Shown one piece after another: positions 12,835 to 23,867 of a DNA stretch of 64,000 nucleotides (position 1 is the first letter of the stretch; each line of letters starts with the position of its first letter). The DNA is taken from contig NC_090418.1 in assembly GCF_036365525.1 (NCBI RefSeq), forward strand, positions 5,805,492-5,869,491, in the 5' to 3' direction. The notes under the pieces are model-generated. The model was given only the letters and a program-made list of their open reading frames with translations. It was not told the origin of the DNA and made no database searches. Position numbers and translations under genes: made by a program. The stretch is from Heterodontus francisci (taxonomy: Eukaryota).

Positions 12835-15800
12835 CTGGAAGTGAAGGCATCCTGTTAGCGTTCACACCAAACTGTCGGCCGCACTCTCAGCTGTTCACCC
12901 AACCCCGCTCACCGCAGTTAGTGACACTACCAGCTGCATATCTGTGCAGCGTGTAATAATTAAGAGGCCGCTCAAACTTTTTTTGAAAAACTCTTCCCCA
13001 AAGTCAAGTACCTCAAGACAAGGTTAACAATGACATTGTAGATACAAAGCAAATCAATAAAAGTGAGGGGGAGTTTATTCTCAACCCAGCCCATCCAACA
13101 AGAGTTACCAGTTCCTTCCCATCATCTTCGACACTCGCTAGTTTTTTCTCTCCACTACCCTGGACGAAATCCATTCCTCATTAATCACCGCGTGTGACAA
13201 TCAAATTAACCGTTAACTAGCTCGATTTCTCCTCTTCCCCCCCCTCCCCCCCCATCCCCGTCTTTTGTTCATAGTTTCATGTATAGAGTTGCCGATTTAT
13301 CTTGTCCTGCAGCCCCAAGCACAACCACTATGAAGAATTTTACAGCACAGCAACAGTCCACTGGTTTATGCTCCACACGAACCTCCCCTCCCACCCTACT
13401 TCATCTCACCCTAACAGCAGATCCAGCTTCCCTTAAATGCAAGTATGCTGTTCGCCTCAACTACATCTCTTGTGGACGCAACTAACTCATAGATGTTGAT
13501 ATTCAACAGATGCCACTACATCAAGCCACGTGGAAGAGTGCGGCAGTAGGAACGGACACCTGTTAACGTACCGGACATTCTCTTGAAGAAGGGCTCGGGA
13601 TTGCCATTCATGCACAGTTTGACGGCGGTTTGCATCATGCGCATGATCACTCCAGCGGCGTGTTCATCATTCTCCAGCTCTCCTGCTGACTAGATCAAAG
13701 GACGGACATTACAGGACGACAGGGATAAGCAAGCGACAAGTAGGTAAGAGACTTGCTGCCTTGACACTGACGCTAGGATAGTAATCAGCACTGTGCCAGC
13801 CATGACTCAGTGGGTAGTATTCTCTCACCATTGAGTCAGAAAGTTGTGGGTTCAGAGTCCCACCCCAGAGACTTGAGCACAAAAATCCAGGCGGACATTC
13901 CCGTGCTGAGGGAATGCTGCACTGTCGAAGGTGCCCTCTTTCAGACAAAACGATAAACTGAGGCCATGGTCTGTGACCTTACTATCTGATAGCTGCTGAA
14001 ACTTCCCTTTTAGCCAAATAACCAGAGGACACAATCTCAACATGAAAGATGGGATTTTTTCCTTTTAAACGCAGTGAGTTGTTGTGATCTGGAACACGCT
14101 GCCTGAAAGGGTGGTGGAGGCGGATTCAATAGGAACTTTCAAAAGGGAATTGGATAAATACTTGAAGGGGAAAAATTTGCAGGGCTATGGGGAAGGAGGT
14201 GTAATTGGATAGTTCAAAAGAGCCGGCACAGGCACGATGGGCCAAATGGCCTCCTTCTGTGCTGTATTATTCTATGACAGCCTGGGGAAGTTTCATACAT
14301 CACAGAGACCGCAAGGACTGAACAGCTGAGCCAAGCTGTTCAGTGCCGAGGATGCCAGAAAATTCATGGGCACCTCCAGCAGAGAGCTCACCTGTGTTGA
14401 CGTTGCCTCTCTGACCACCTGCCTTGGCCATTCTTGTGACATCTGATCTGTTACACCCCATTGACTGTCCCAGTTAACAGGGAGAAGTGCAGCAGACACC
14501 TCAGCCTTTCTGTTATTCAGGGTTCTCTCAAACCTCTCCTCCCAAGCTCCAGCATTTTACAGCCCTGTGATTTGACAAGATCCCAAAGATCCACTCCCTT
14601 TGCTTTGTTCTTTGAAATACTTGTGTCAGCCATTATACTTACAGACAGTACTCCATCTTCACTAATGACCAGGTAACCTAGTTGATCTGGGATCCTCTCC
14701 AACCCTTGAGTCAAAGCAGAAGCCTATTTACAACAAAGATAAAGAGGAACAATATAAAAGGAAAAATATAATAGCTGTTGGGCACTAATCTGAATAGTGG
14801 ACATTGCACTAGGAACATCCAGGCCTTAGACAGAATGCAAAGGAACATCACAAGGTTGATCCCAGCTGGAGTAATAAAGGACCTAAATAGTATTTACCAC
14901 AGAAACAGGCCATTCGGCCCAACTGCTTCATGCTGGTGTTTATGCTGCACATGAGCCTCCTCACCTCACCCTATCAGCATATCCTTCTATCCTTTCTCCC
15001 TCATGTTTATTCAGCTTCCTCTTAAATATGTCAGTGTTACTCAACCACTCCCTGTGGTAGCAAGTTCCACATTCTCACCTCTCTCTGGGTAAAGAAGTTT
15101 CTCCTGAATTCCTGATTGGATTGGTTAGCGACTGTCTTATTTTAATGGCATTTAGTTTTCAAATCCACTGCCCCCCCCACCCCCACATTTACCCCCTCAA
15201 ACCCTTTTACAGTCTTAATGACCTTTCCTTGATCATCCCTCAGTCTTCTCTTGAGGAGGCAGTCCTAGCTGATTACACCTATCCTGAGAGGTATATCCTC
15301 TCAGTTCTGGTATCATCCTTGTGATTCTTTTTTGAATTTGGATTTATACAACACCTTTCACGACCTCAGGATGCCCTAACACACTTCACGGTCAATTAAG
15401 TACAGCAGCCAACTTGTACAAAATCACAATGTGATTTTGACCAGATCATTTGTTTTAGTGATGCAGGTATATTGTCCTGAACACCAGGGGGAACTCCCCT
15501 ACTCTTTATAGAGAGACACAGAAATTTAGAGCACACAGGGAGGCTATTTGGCCCATCATGCCTGTGTCAGCTGACAAAGGGCTATCCAGCTTAATCCCAC
15601 ATTCCAGCTCTTGTTCCATAGCTCTGCAGGTTACAGCACCTCAAGTACATAGCCAAGTATCTTTTTAAGTGCGTTGAGGGTTTCTGCCTCTACCACCCTT
15701 TCAGGTAGTGAGTTCCACACCCCAAATCCAATCCCCCTCAAACTCCTGGCCGCACAATCCTTTTCCCAATTGCCTTAAACCCAGGTCACCTGGCTACTGA

Positions 15801-16450
15801 CCTCTGTGATATATTGACCCACAGCTACCCAATGAGCCAAGGCTGACATCAAATGTTTCCCTCTCCTCATCATGAGCTCCACGTTCTCATTTTTTTTAAA
15901 AACGCAAAACCATTGCAAACAACAGTGGCCACAACACAGCAGGAAGGCCGAGCAATGAGGAGGGGGCAAAGCCCTAACTCGCACCCAGTCCTGTTCCATC
16001 ACCCCTTCTGCTCGCCGACAACACTGGCTCCCAATCAAGCAAGGTCTTGATTTTAAAATTCTCATCCTGGTTTCCAAATGGTTTTGCCCCTTTCCCTGTA
16101 ATCTCCTCCAGCCCTACAAATCTATACAAGAGCTGTTGTTATTAAATGCAATGCAAATTAACAATTGCAGTTTTTGCATTTAAAAGTTTTCTAACTTGGG
16201 TTTTTTTTTGCTGGGCAATGTTATTTAAACAGGAGGAGGAACTGCAACCTCCAGTCAGCTGCACGACCTCTGACCTCCCGGGGGGACGTCGCCCGGGGGG
16301 ACGCCGGTGATTTTGCGGGGCCTAGCGGCTCAGTGATCTCGAGAGGAAGTGGCAGCGGCTGCGATGCTCCCGGAGCCCCCAAAGGGAAGCTCAGTAACCC
16401 GGGCCCGTTGAGTTAATTACCCGACTAGCCGCCCCGACCGCACTCACCAT
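12737..16450 (-). CDS. LAMTOR4: Ragulator complex protein LAMTOR4; spliced CDS join(16448-16450, 14643-14723, 13572-13689, 12737-12834), 99 aa
   Basis: Joined translation is [99 protein letters not shown], which matches vertebrate LAMTOR4 as I recall it. All introns are GT-AG; exon lengths 3+81+118+98=300 nt. Confidence 0.96.
13572..13689 (-). CDS. LAMTOR4: LAMTOR4 coding exon 3
   Basis: ctag|TCAGCA...ATGTCCG|gtacgt; encodes [39 protein letters not shown]. Confidence 0.93.
13795..13985 (+). mobile_element. Deu-domain SINE (SacSINE1/AmnSINE1-like) fragment in a LAMTOR4 intron
   Basis: tRNA-like head followed by GAGGGAATGCTGCACTGTCGAAGGTGCC; similar to 34850-35215 and 29925-30120. Confidence 0.6.
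14643..14723 (-). CDS. LAMTOR4: LAMTOR4 coding exon 2
   Basis: aaatag|GCTTCT...CTGTCT|gtaagt; encodes [27 protein letters not shown]. Confidence 0.95.
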
Positions 16451-16643
16451 ATCTGCGAACCCCAGAGCGACTCCAACCTCTGCCTCACCGTCGAGCGCGC
16501 GCGCGTCACATGACCTGCAGATCCCGCCCCGGGTGACATCTGATTGGCTGGGACCCGTCGAGCGCACTGCCATGTGATTGGTCTGTCTAGCCATCAATCA
16601 TCTCAATAGATACCGCCCCTTCTCAACGTTTAATTGTTGGGAC
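16280..16643 (-). promoter_or_regulatory. LAMTOR4 CpG-rich first exon and proximal promoter with GC boxes, CCAAT boxes and a GTCACATGAC E-box
   Basis: High CpG density; CCCGCCCC, CTGATTGGCT, GTGATTGGT and GTCACATGAC (16505-16514) lie directly upstream of the ATG exon. Confidence 0.75.
16448..16450 (-). CDS. LAMTOR4: LAMTOR4 coding exon 1 (ATG only)
   Basis: Minus strand reads ...GCAGATATG|gtgagtg inside a CpG-rich region; phase 0 joins to exon 2. Confidence 0.85.
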
Positions 16644-16704
16644 AAAAACAAGAAATGGTGGATTCACTCAGCAGGTCTGGCAGCATCTGTGGAAAGAGAA
16701 GCAG

Positions 16705-16741
16705 AGTTAACGTTTCGGGTCAGTGACCCTTCTTCGGAACT
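16705..16741 (-). ncRNA. Minimal hammerhead ribozyme-like motif in a Penelope pLTR
   Basis: AGUU-CCGAAGA-A-GGGUCA-C-UGACCC-GAAA-CG-UU-AACU: stem I, core, stem II, GAAA and an ACGU palindrome in place of stem III. Confidence 0.6.
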
Positions 16742-17768
16742 GACAAATATTAGAAAAGTCACAGATTATAAACAAGTGAGGTGGGGGTTGGGACAAGCGA
16801 TAACAAAGGAGAAGGTGTAGATTGGACCAGGCCGCATAGCTGGCCAAAAGGTCATGGAGCAAAGGCAAACAATATGCTAATGGTGTGTTGAAAGACAAAG
16901 CATTAGTACAGATTAGGTGTTAATACACTGAATATTGAACAGCAGCAAGTGCAAACCTGAAGAAAAACAACCTGAAAAAAACAGTGGGTAAGCAAACTGA
17001 ACAAACTAAGATGAAATGAAATAAATGCAAAAAAAAATTGTAAAAAATGTAAAAAAGAATGTAAAAAAAAAGGAAGAAAAAATAACTAAAAATGAAAGTA
17101 AAATGGGGGGGCTGTCATGCTCTGAAATTGTTGAACTCAATGTTCAGTCCGGCAGGCTGTAGTGTGCCTAATCGGTAGATGAGATGCTGTTCCTCGAGCT
17201 TGCGTTGATGTTCACTGGAACACTGCAGCAATCCCAAGACAGAGATGTGAGCATGAGAGCAGGGGGGAGTGTTGAAATGGCAAGCAACCGGAAGCTCAGG
17301 GTCCTGCTTGCGGACTGAGCGGAGATGTTCCGCAAAGCGGTCACCCGGTCTGCGTTTGGTCTCCCCAATGTAGAGGAGACCACACTGTGAGCAGCGAATA
17401 CAGTATACTACATTGAAAGAAGTACAAGTAAATCGTTGCTTCACCTGAAAGGAGTGTTTGGGGCCTGGGATAGTGAGGATAGAGGAGGTAAATGGGCAGG
17501 TATTACACCTCCTGCGATTGCAGGGGAAGGTGCCCTGGGACGGGGACGAGGTGGTGGGGGTAATGGAGGAGTGGACCAGGGTGTCGCGGAGGGAACGATC
17601 CCTTCGGAATGCTGACAGGGGAAGGGAGGGGAAGATGCGACTGGTAGTGGCATCACGCTGGAGGTGGCAAAAATGGCGGAGGATGATCAAGGTATCTACC
17701 AAAACTCGTTTTCACAGCCACATCTCCTTCCTCAAAATTTATAATCTGTGACTTTTCTAATATTTGTC

Positions 17769-17805
17769 AGTTCCGAAGAAGGGTCACTGACACGAAACGT
17801 TAACT
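17769..17805 (+). ncRNA. Minimal hammerhead ribozyme-like motif in the inverted Penelope pLTR
   Basis: AGTTCCGAAGAAGGGTCACTGACACGAAACGTTAACT; one mismatch in stem II. Confidence 0.55.
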
Positions 17806-17919
17806 CTGCTTCTCTTTCCACAGATGCTGCCAGACCTGCTGAGTGACTCCAGCATTTCTTGTTTTTGTTCCAGATTTCCAGCATCCGCAGTATTTTGCTT
17901 TTATTTTAATTGTTGGGAC

Positions 17920-18060
17920 CCATCACCGTCCACTGTCTCCCGATTGGTTCGGCTGGCCATCAATCAACTCTCGATAGATCCCGCCCCTTACCGCGCCTGA
18001 TTGGCTGAGACTCATCGGCGCCCACTGCCTTCATTGGTCCGGACTGACAGGTAGGCGGGT
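17920..18060 (-). promoter_or_regulatory. Distal part of the LAMTOR4 CCAAT/GC-box promoter array, displaced by a Penelope insertion
   Basis: Same motifs (CGATTGG, CCATCAATCA, AGATCCCGCCCC, CTGATTGGCTG) as 16519-16643, resuming right after the target-site duplication. Confidence 0.6.
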
Positions 18061-18812
18061 GAAATAGGGACCAGGGTTTTGGGGGGAGATTCACACTGTT
18101 CATTCTTTTTCTTAGTAGTGGGGGAGTCATACAATGGTTACAGCACAGAAGGAGGCCATTCGGCCCGTCGTGACCATGCCGGCTCTCTGCAGGAGCAACT
18201 CACCTCATCCCACTCACCCGCCTTCTTTCCATGGCCTCTGCAAATTTCTTCTCTCCAGATGTTTATCCGATTTGTTTTGATTGAATCTGCCTCTGCCAGA
18301 CTGTCAGGCAGTGCATTCCAGATCCCAGTCTCTCACTGCATAGAAATGCTTCTCCTCATGTCGCTTTTGGTTCTTTTGCCAATTACCTTAAAATCGGTGT
18401 TCATTGTTTCTGGATCTTTACGCCAATGGGAACAGTTTCTCTCTATCTACTCTGTCCAGACCCCTCATGATTTTGAACACCTCTATCAAATCTCCTCTCC
18501 TCCAAGGAGAACAACCCCAGCTCCTCCCTGCTCTGGGCACAGCCAGACCACATATAAAGCCATGGGGCATTAATGAATAATCTGTTGCAGTACAGCTACA
18601 GCACTGACATCTGCCCAACCTGATCAGCACGGATCAGATCAAAGCTCTGCAATCCATTACAGATCCAGTCCTGAAATATGGTGGACGATCAAACAACTAA
18701 CTGGAGGTGGAGGCTCCAAAAACATCCCCATCCTCAATGGTGGGAAACTCAGCACGTCAATGCAAAAGACGAGGCTGAAGCATTTTCGTCCCTCTTTGGC
18801 CAGAAGTGCGGA

Positions 18813-20195
18813 GTGTTACAAGGATTTTTTTTGTATTAAAACTTCAGATTCTATGTGTTTAAAAACTGAAAAGGATTTCGGTGGTCATTGAGACATCTGG
18901 AAATGACTGAACTTTAGGGATGTTTTGAAAGGAAGTTCAACAAAAGCTGAACTTGTAAACAAGGACTGGAAAGCAGGTATTTTCAAGGAAACCAGGGGTT
19001 TTGCCCTCAGAGCTACCCTTTGAGTGACAAGACAGAATACATGACTGGGTATGTGGCTTGTTCCAGGAAGGTTTTGGTTTCATTTTTGAGCTTTAAAAGC
19101 CAGTGGGTTTGAGGTAAAGCAGTCAATTAAAATGTGATTTTGACCTGCCTGGAGATCAGAAGAAGACCCAGAAAAAGTATTACCCCTCTGTAAAGAATCC
19201 TTGCTTTTGAAAATGTCATGCAGAATGAGAACACCAAGAATGAGGCACATTAATTTTGTCATATGAGCATTGAAAACTGTTACTGAAGTGAAGAAAGGAC
19301 TTGCTTAAAAAAAATTACCAGGCGTCTGGCTGGAAAGACATTTGCATATTAACAGACAGTGATTGGAAGTCAAAGGAGCTACTCCCTGCTCCAATTCAAT
19401 CCAGAAACAGACGTCGTCATGCCAGCTAGCCACATGACTAACCTTCTGGGCATCCTGAGGTTTTTTTTGAATGGTTTAAACAGTTTGAACTCAGAGACTG
19501 CAAAAAAAAGACTGTTTGCTCCTGGAGTGAGAAGATCTCTCCTGTCTGTCTGCTCCCATCTCTTTCTCACTAGCCACTGAAGACACATGAACCTCAAGAG
19601 AGAAAAGTCTCCTACAGAGAACAAGGTTTAAGAGGAATAAAAATAAGAAATGCTGGAACCACTCAGCAGGAAGAAGGGTCACTGACCCGAAACGCTAACT
19701 CTGCTTCCCTTTCCACAGATGCTGCCAGACCTGCTGAGTGAATCCAGCATTTCTTGTTCTTATTTCAGATTTCCAGCATCCGCAGTATTTTGCTTTTATT
19801 TTAAGGTTTAAGAGGAATACAGGGCCACCATGAAAAGCAAGATCTACCTACAATCAAGGACTCTGCAGTGAGCTCGAAGAACTGTACCAACAGCCCTCTT
19901 CAGATATTGCCCCCAAACTTTTCCACTTTACTTTCGTCTGCTCTTTTCTGTCTCTATTTGCATGTGTGTATCGCGTTTGCATGTTAGCATGGGCGCATCG
20001 TGTATCCGTAGGCGTTAACCGAATTAGAGTCTAAGTTTAAGTTTGATAAATTTCAAACTTTATTTAAACCTAACAAAACTTGTTTTTGCTGGTTTCCTTG
20101 CCTTACAATTGGAAAGCAGTAAACAAGGATTCACCAAAGGGGAGCTAAAAAGATGGTGTGTTTAAAATAAAACCCTGTTGCAGTAAGATCAGGTG
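18813..20195 (+). mobile_element. LTR remnant related to the Gypsy LTRs at 44183 and 48028, inserted in a CR1 LINE
   Basis: Starts TGTTACA; 19500-20195 aligns by eye with 48390-48860 (GAAGACACATGAACC, GTGTATCCGTAGGCGTTAACC, AAACCCTGTT); CR1 sequence on both sides. Confidence 0.75.
19640..19802 (+). mobile_element. 163-bp non-autonomous Penelope pLTR-only insertion with 17-bp TSD
   Basis: AAGGTTTAAGAGGAATA at 19623-19639 and 19803-19819; the insert matches the pLTR at 17775-17904 plus a short inverted copy. Confidence 0.85.
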
Positions 20196-22410
20196 AAGGG
20201 TGAGGTGAGAGTGACTGCCCTTGACATCAAGGCAGCATTTGACCAAGTATGGCATCAAGGAGCCCTAGCAAAACTGGAGTCAATGGGAATCAGGGGTAAA
20301 ACTCTTTGCTGGTTAGAGTCACACCTAGCGCAAAGGAAGATGGCTGTGGTTGTTGGAGGTCAATCATCTGAGCTCCAGGACATCACTGCAGGAGTTTGTC
20401 AGGGTAGTGTCCTAGGCCCAATCATCTTCAGCTGCTTCATCAATGACCTTCCTTCAATCATAAGGTCAGAAGTGGGGATGTTCGCCGATGATTGCATAAT
20501 GTTCAGCACCATTCGCGGCTCCTCAAATACTGAAGCAGTCCGTGTAGAAATGCAGCAAAACCGGGACAATATCCAGGCTTGGGCTGATAAGTGTCAAGTA
20601 ACATTCGCGCCACACAAGTGCCAGGCAATGACCATCTCCAACAAGAGAGAATCTAACCATCTCCCCTTGACATTCAATGGCATTACCATCACTGAATACC
20701 CCACTATCAACATCCTAGGGGCTACCATTGACCAGAAACTGAACTGGAGTAGCCATATAAATACCGTGGCTACAAGAGCAGGTCAGAGGCTAGGAATTGT
20801 GCGGCGAGTATTCACCTCCTGACTCCCCAAAGCCTGTCCACCATCTGCATTCTCAATCTGTCCTGCAACCTACAATGATTTGTGCACATATAGCCCCAGG
20901 TCCCTCTGCTCCTGCACCCCCTTTGGATTTGTATCCTTTAATTTATATTGCCTCTCCTCATTCTACCAAAATGAATCACTTCACATTTTTCTGCATTCAA
21001 TTTCATCTGCCACTTGTCCACCTATTCCACCAGCCTGTCTAGGTCTTCTTGAAGTTTACCACTATCCTCTTCACAGTTCACAATACTTTCAAGTTTTTCA
21101 CTCCACCTGATATCAAGAAACGGCTGAACACACTGGATACAGCAAAGACCATGGGTCCCAACAACATCCTGGCTGTGGTGCTGAAGACTTGTGCTCCAGA
21201 ACTAGCTGTGCCTCTAGCCAAGCTGTTACAGAACAACTACAACACTGACATCTGTCCAACAATGTGGAAAACTGCCCAGGTATGTCCTGTTCAAAAGAAG
21301 CAAGACAAGTTCAATCCAGCCAATTACAGCCCCATCAGTCTACTCCCGATCATCAGCAAAGTGCTGGAAATGTCGTTGACAGTGCTATCAAGCAGCACTT
21401 ACTCAGCAATAACCTGTTCACCGTTGCTCAGTTTGGATTCCACCAGGACCACTCGGCTGCAGATCTCATTACAGCCTTGGCCCAAACATGAGATGAGAGT
21501 GACTGCCCTTGACATCAATGCAGGATTTGAACACTTGCGATTAAAATTGAAGTTATTGGAGATTAGAGGAAAACACTCCACTGTCTGGAGTCATATCCAG
21601 CACAAAGAAAGATGGTTGTGGTTGTTGGAGGCCAGTCATCTCAGACCCAGGTCATTGTTGCAGGAGTTTCTCAGGGTAGTGTCCTAGACTACATTCAGCT
21701 CCATTTGCAGTTTCTCAGATGATGATGCAGACCATGCCCGCGTATAGCAAAGACCCGCACCTGAGATACTGTCACTCCTCCTGATACAGCAAAGATCTAG
21801 ACTTCATCCAGGCTTGGGCTGATAAGTGGCTAATGACATTTGCTCCATGCAAATGTCAGGCAATGATTGCTTCAAACAGAGAGCACAACCAACTCCCCAT
21901 GGCATTTAATGGCAGTACCATCAAAAAACTGAGGGTCACCATTAACCAGAAACTCAACTATACCAGGTAGATAACCACTTGCCTAGTTGAATGCAATTCC
22001 AACAACACTCAAAAAAGCTCAACACCATCTAGGACATAGCAGTCCGCTTGATCAGTACCCCATCACCTTCAACATTCACTCCCTCCACCACCAGCATACC
22101 GTGGCTTTAGTGTGTACCATCTACAAGGTGCACTACAGCAGGTTACCAAGAGTTTGGTAGAACTTCACAAACCCACGAAAAACCAGCATGTTGAAGGAAA
22201 AGGCCAGCAGGCAAATGGAAACACCACCACCTTCAGATTTCCCAGCAAGTTACACATTATCCTGACTCAGACATATATCGCTATTCTTTCATTGTGGCTG
22301 GATCAAAATCCTGGAAGTAGCTAACAGCACGGTGGGAGCAGTCTCACCATATGGACTGCAGCAACTCAAGAAGAAGGTGGCTCACCACCTCCTTCTCGAG
22401 GGCATTTAGT
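20193..22410 (+). mobile_element. CR1-clade LINE fragments (at least two nested or tandem copies)
   Basis: ORF 20193-20822 has ALDIKAAFDQVWH, QGSVLGP and FADD; ORFs 21049-21687 and 21264-21491 have NPANYSPISLL and QFGFHQDHS. Confidence 0.88.
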
Positions 22411-22429
22411 GACCAGTGTCTTTTTTTTA

Positions 22430-22950
22430 TTCATTCATGGGATGTGGGTATTGCTGGCCAGGCCAACATTTATTGCCCATCCCTAATTGCCCTTGAGAAG
22501 GTAGTGGTGAGCTGCCTTCTTGAACCGCTGCAGTCCATGTGGGGTAGGTTCACCCACAATGCTGTTGGGAAGGGAGTTCCAGGATTTTGACCCAGCAACA
22601 GTGAAGGAACGGCGATATAGTTCCAAGTCAGGATGGTGTGTGGCTTGGAGGGAAACTTGCAGGTGGTGGTGTTCCCATGCATTTGCTGCCCTTGTCCTTC
22701 TAGTTGGTAGAGGTCGCGGGTTTGGAAGGCGCTGTCAAGGGAGCCTTGGTGAGTTGCTGCAGTGCATCGTGTAGATGGTACACACTGCTGCCACTGTGCG
22801 TCGGTGGTGGAGGAAGTGAATGTTTGTAGATGGGGTGCCAGTCAAGTGGGCTGCTTTGTCCTGGATGGTGTCGAGCTTCTTGAGTGTTGTTGGAGCTGCA
22901 CCCATCCAGGCAAGTGGAGAGTATTCCATCACACTCCTGACTTGTGCCTA
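22430..22950 (-). mobile_element. CR1-clade LINE 3' fragment (tail-to-tail with the preceding copy)
   Basis: MEYSPLAWMGAAPTTLKKLDTIQDKAA and NSWNSLP-type C-terminal motifs; same tail as 11860-12130 and 32725-32950. Confidence 0.85.
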
Positions 22951-23499
22951 ATAAATGCTGGCCTTGGCAACGTTGCCCACATAACGAGAATGATACCCAA
23001 CCTGTAACCTGTGTTAATTTGTGACTGGAAAGAATGCAGAACAACATTGTTTTAAGTCAAATTTCACTTTTATTCCAGGTGATGCATTATAAACTTTATT
23101 TCATTACTTTGTATGCATTGCAGGATGATCAGAGAAAAAGCTTTCAGAATTTTGACACATTGATTTGCTTCAGCCTATCTTAATTTGATCATTACCCTTG
23201 CACAGCCTTAGCTGTGTTCCTTTTAAAATACAGCAGCTACAATATAAGAAAATTATTTTAAAGCAAATCATAATCGCTGGGATAAATGTGGTCAGTAGTT
23301 TAACCGCAGTGTACATTGGTCCTTGAGATGGGCAATTGGCTCTTATATGTAGGAGATGAGATGGTTCAGCTCAGTAATGGTCTTAGCGCTGTTTTTGGTA
23401 ATTCTTTGCTTCCTGATTTGTAAAAAGATAGTCCTGGGCAATGATGAGAATCCTCACATGAAAGAATGCCCCTGTGACTGAACTACTGTGTATGTTATA

Positions 23500-23787
23500 G
23501 AGTCATAGAGAGATACAGCACTGAAACAGGCCCTTTGGCCCACCGAGTCTGTGCTGACCATTAACCATCCATTTATATTAATCCTACATTAATCCCATAT
23601 TCCCTACCACATCCCCACCTTCCCTCAATTCTCCTACCACCTACCTACACTAGGGGCAATTTACAATGGCCAATTTACCTATCAACCTACAAGTCTTCGG
23701 CTGTAGGAGGAAACCGGAGCACCCGGCGGAAACCCACACGGTCACAGGGAGTACCGAACCCAGGTCACTAGAGCCACTGTGCCGCCC
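23500..23787 (-). mobile_element. HE1-like V-SINE (internally deleted) in the 3' region of the GTPase gene
   Basis: Reverse complement starts GGGCGGCACAGTGG and has the CCGGGTGCTCCGGTTTCCTCC V-domain and a CR1-type tail. Confidence 0.75.
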
Positions 23788-23867
23788 TTTATTCAAAGTG
23801 AATGTCTAATTGAAGCATCTTGCTGAAGATTTCACCTCCCACTGCTCCAGTTACTTTATATTTTTGT

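Larger units (their letters stand above)
16644..17904 (-). mobile_element. Penelope-like retroelement, 5'-truncated, with GIY-YIG endonuclease, inverted pseudo-LTR and 15-bp TSD
   Basis: ORF 17115-17702 has NVVYCIRC..C.LLYIGETKR. Segment ~17740-17870 is the reverse complement of ~16644-16772. TTTAATTGTTGGGAC occurs at 16629-16643 and 17905-17919. Confidence 0.92.
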
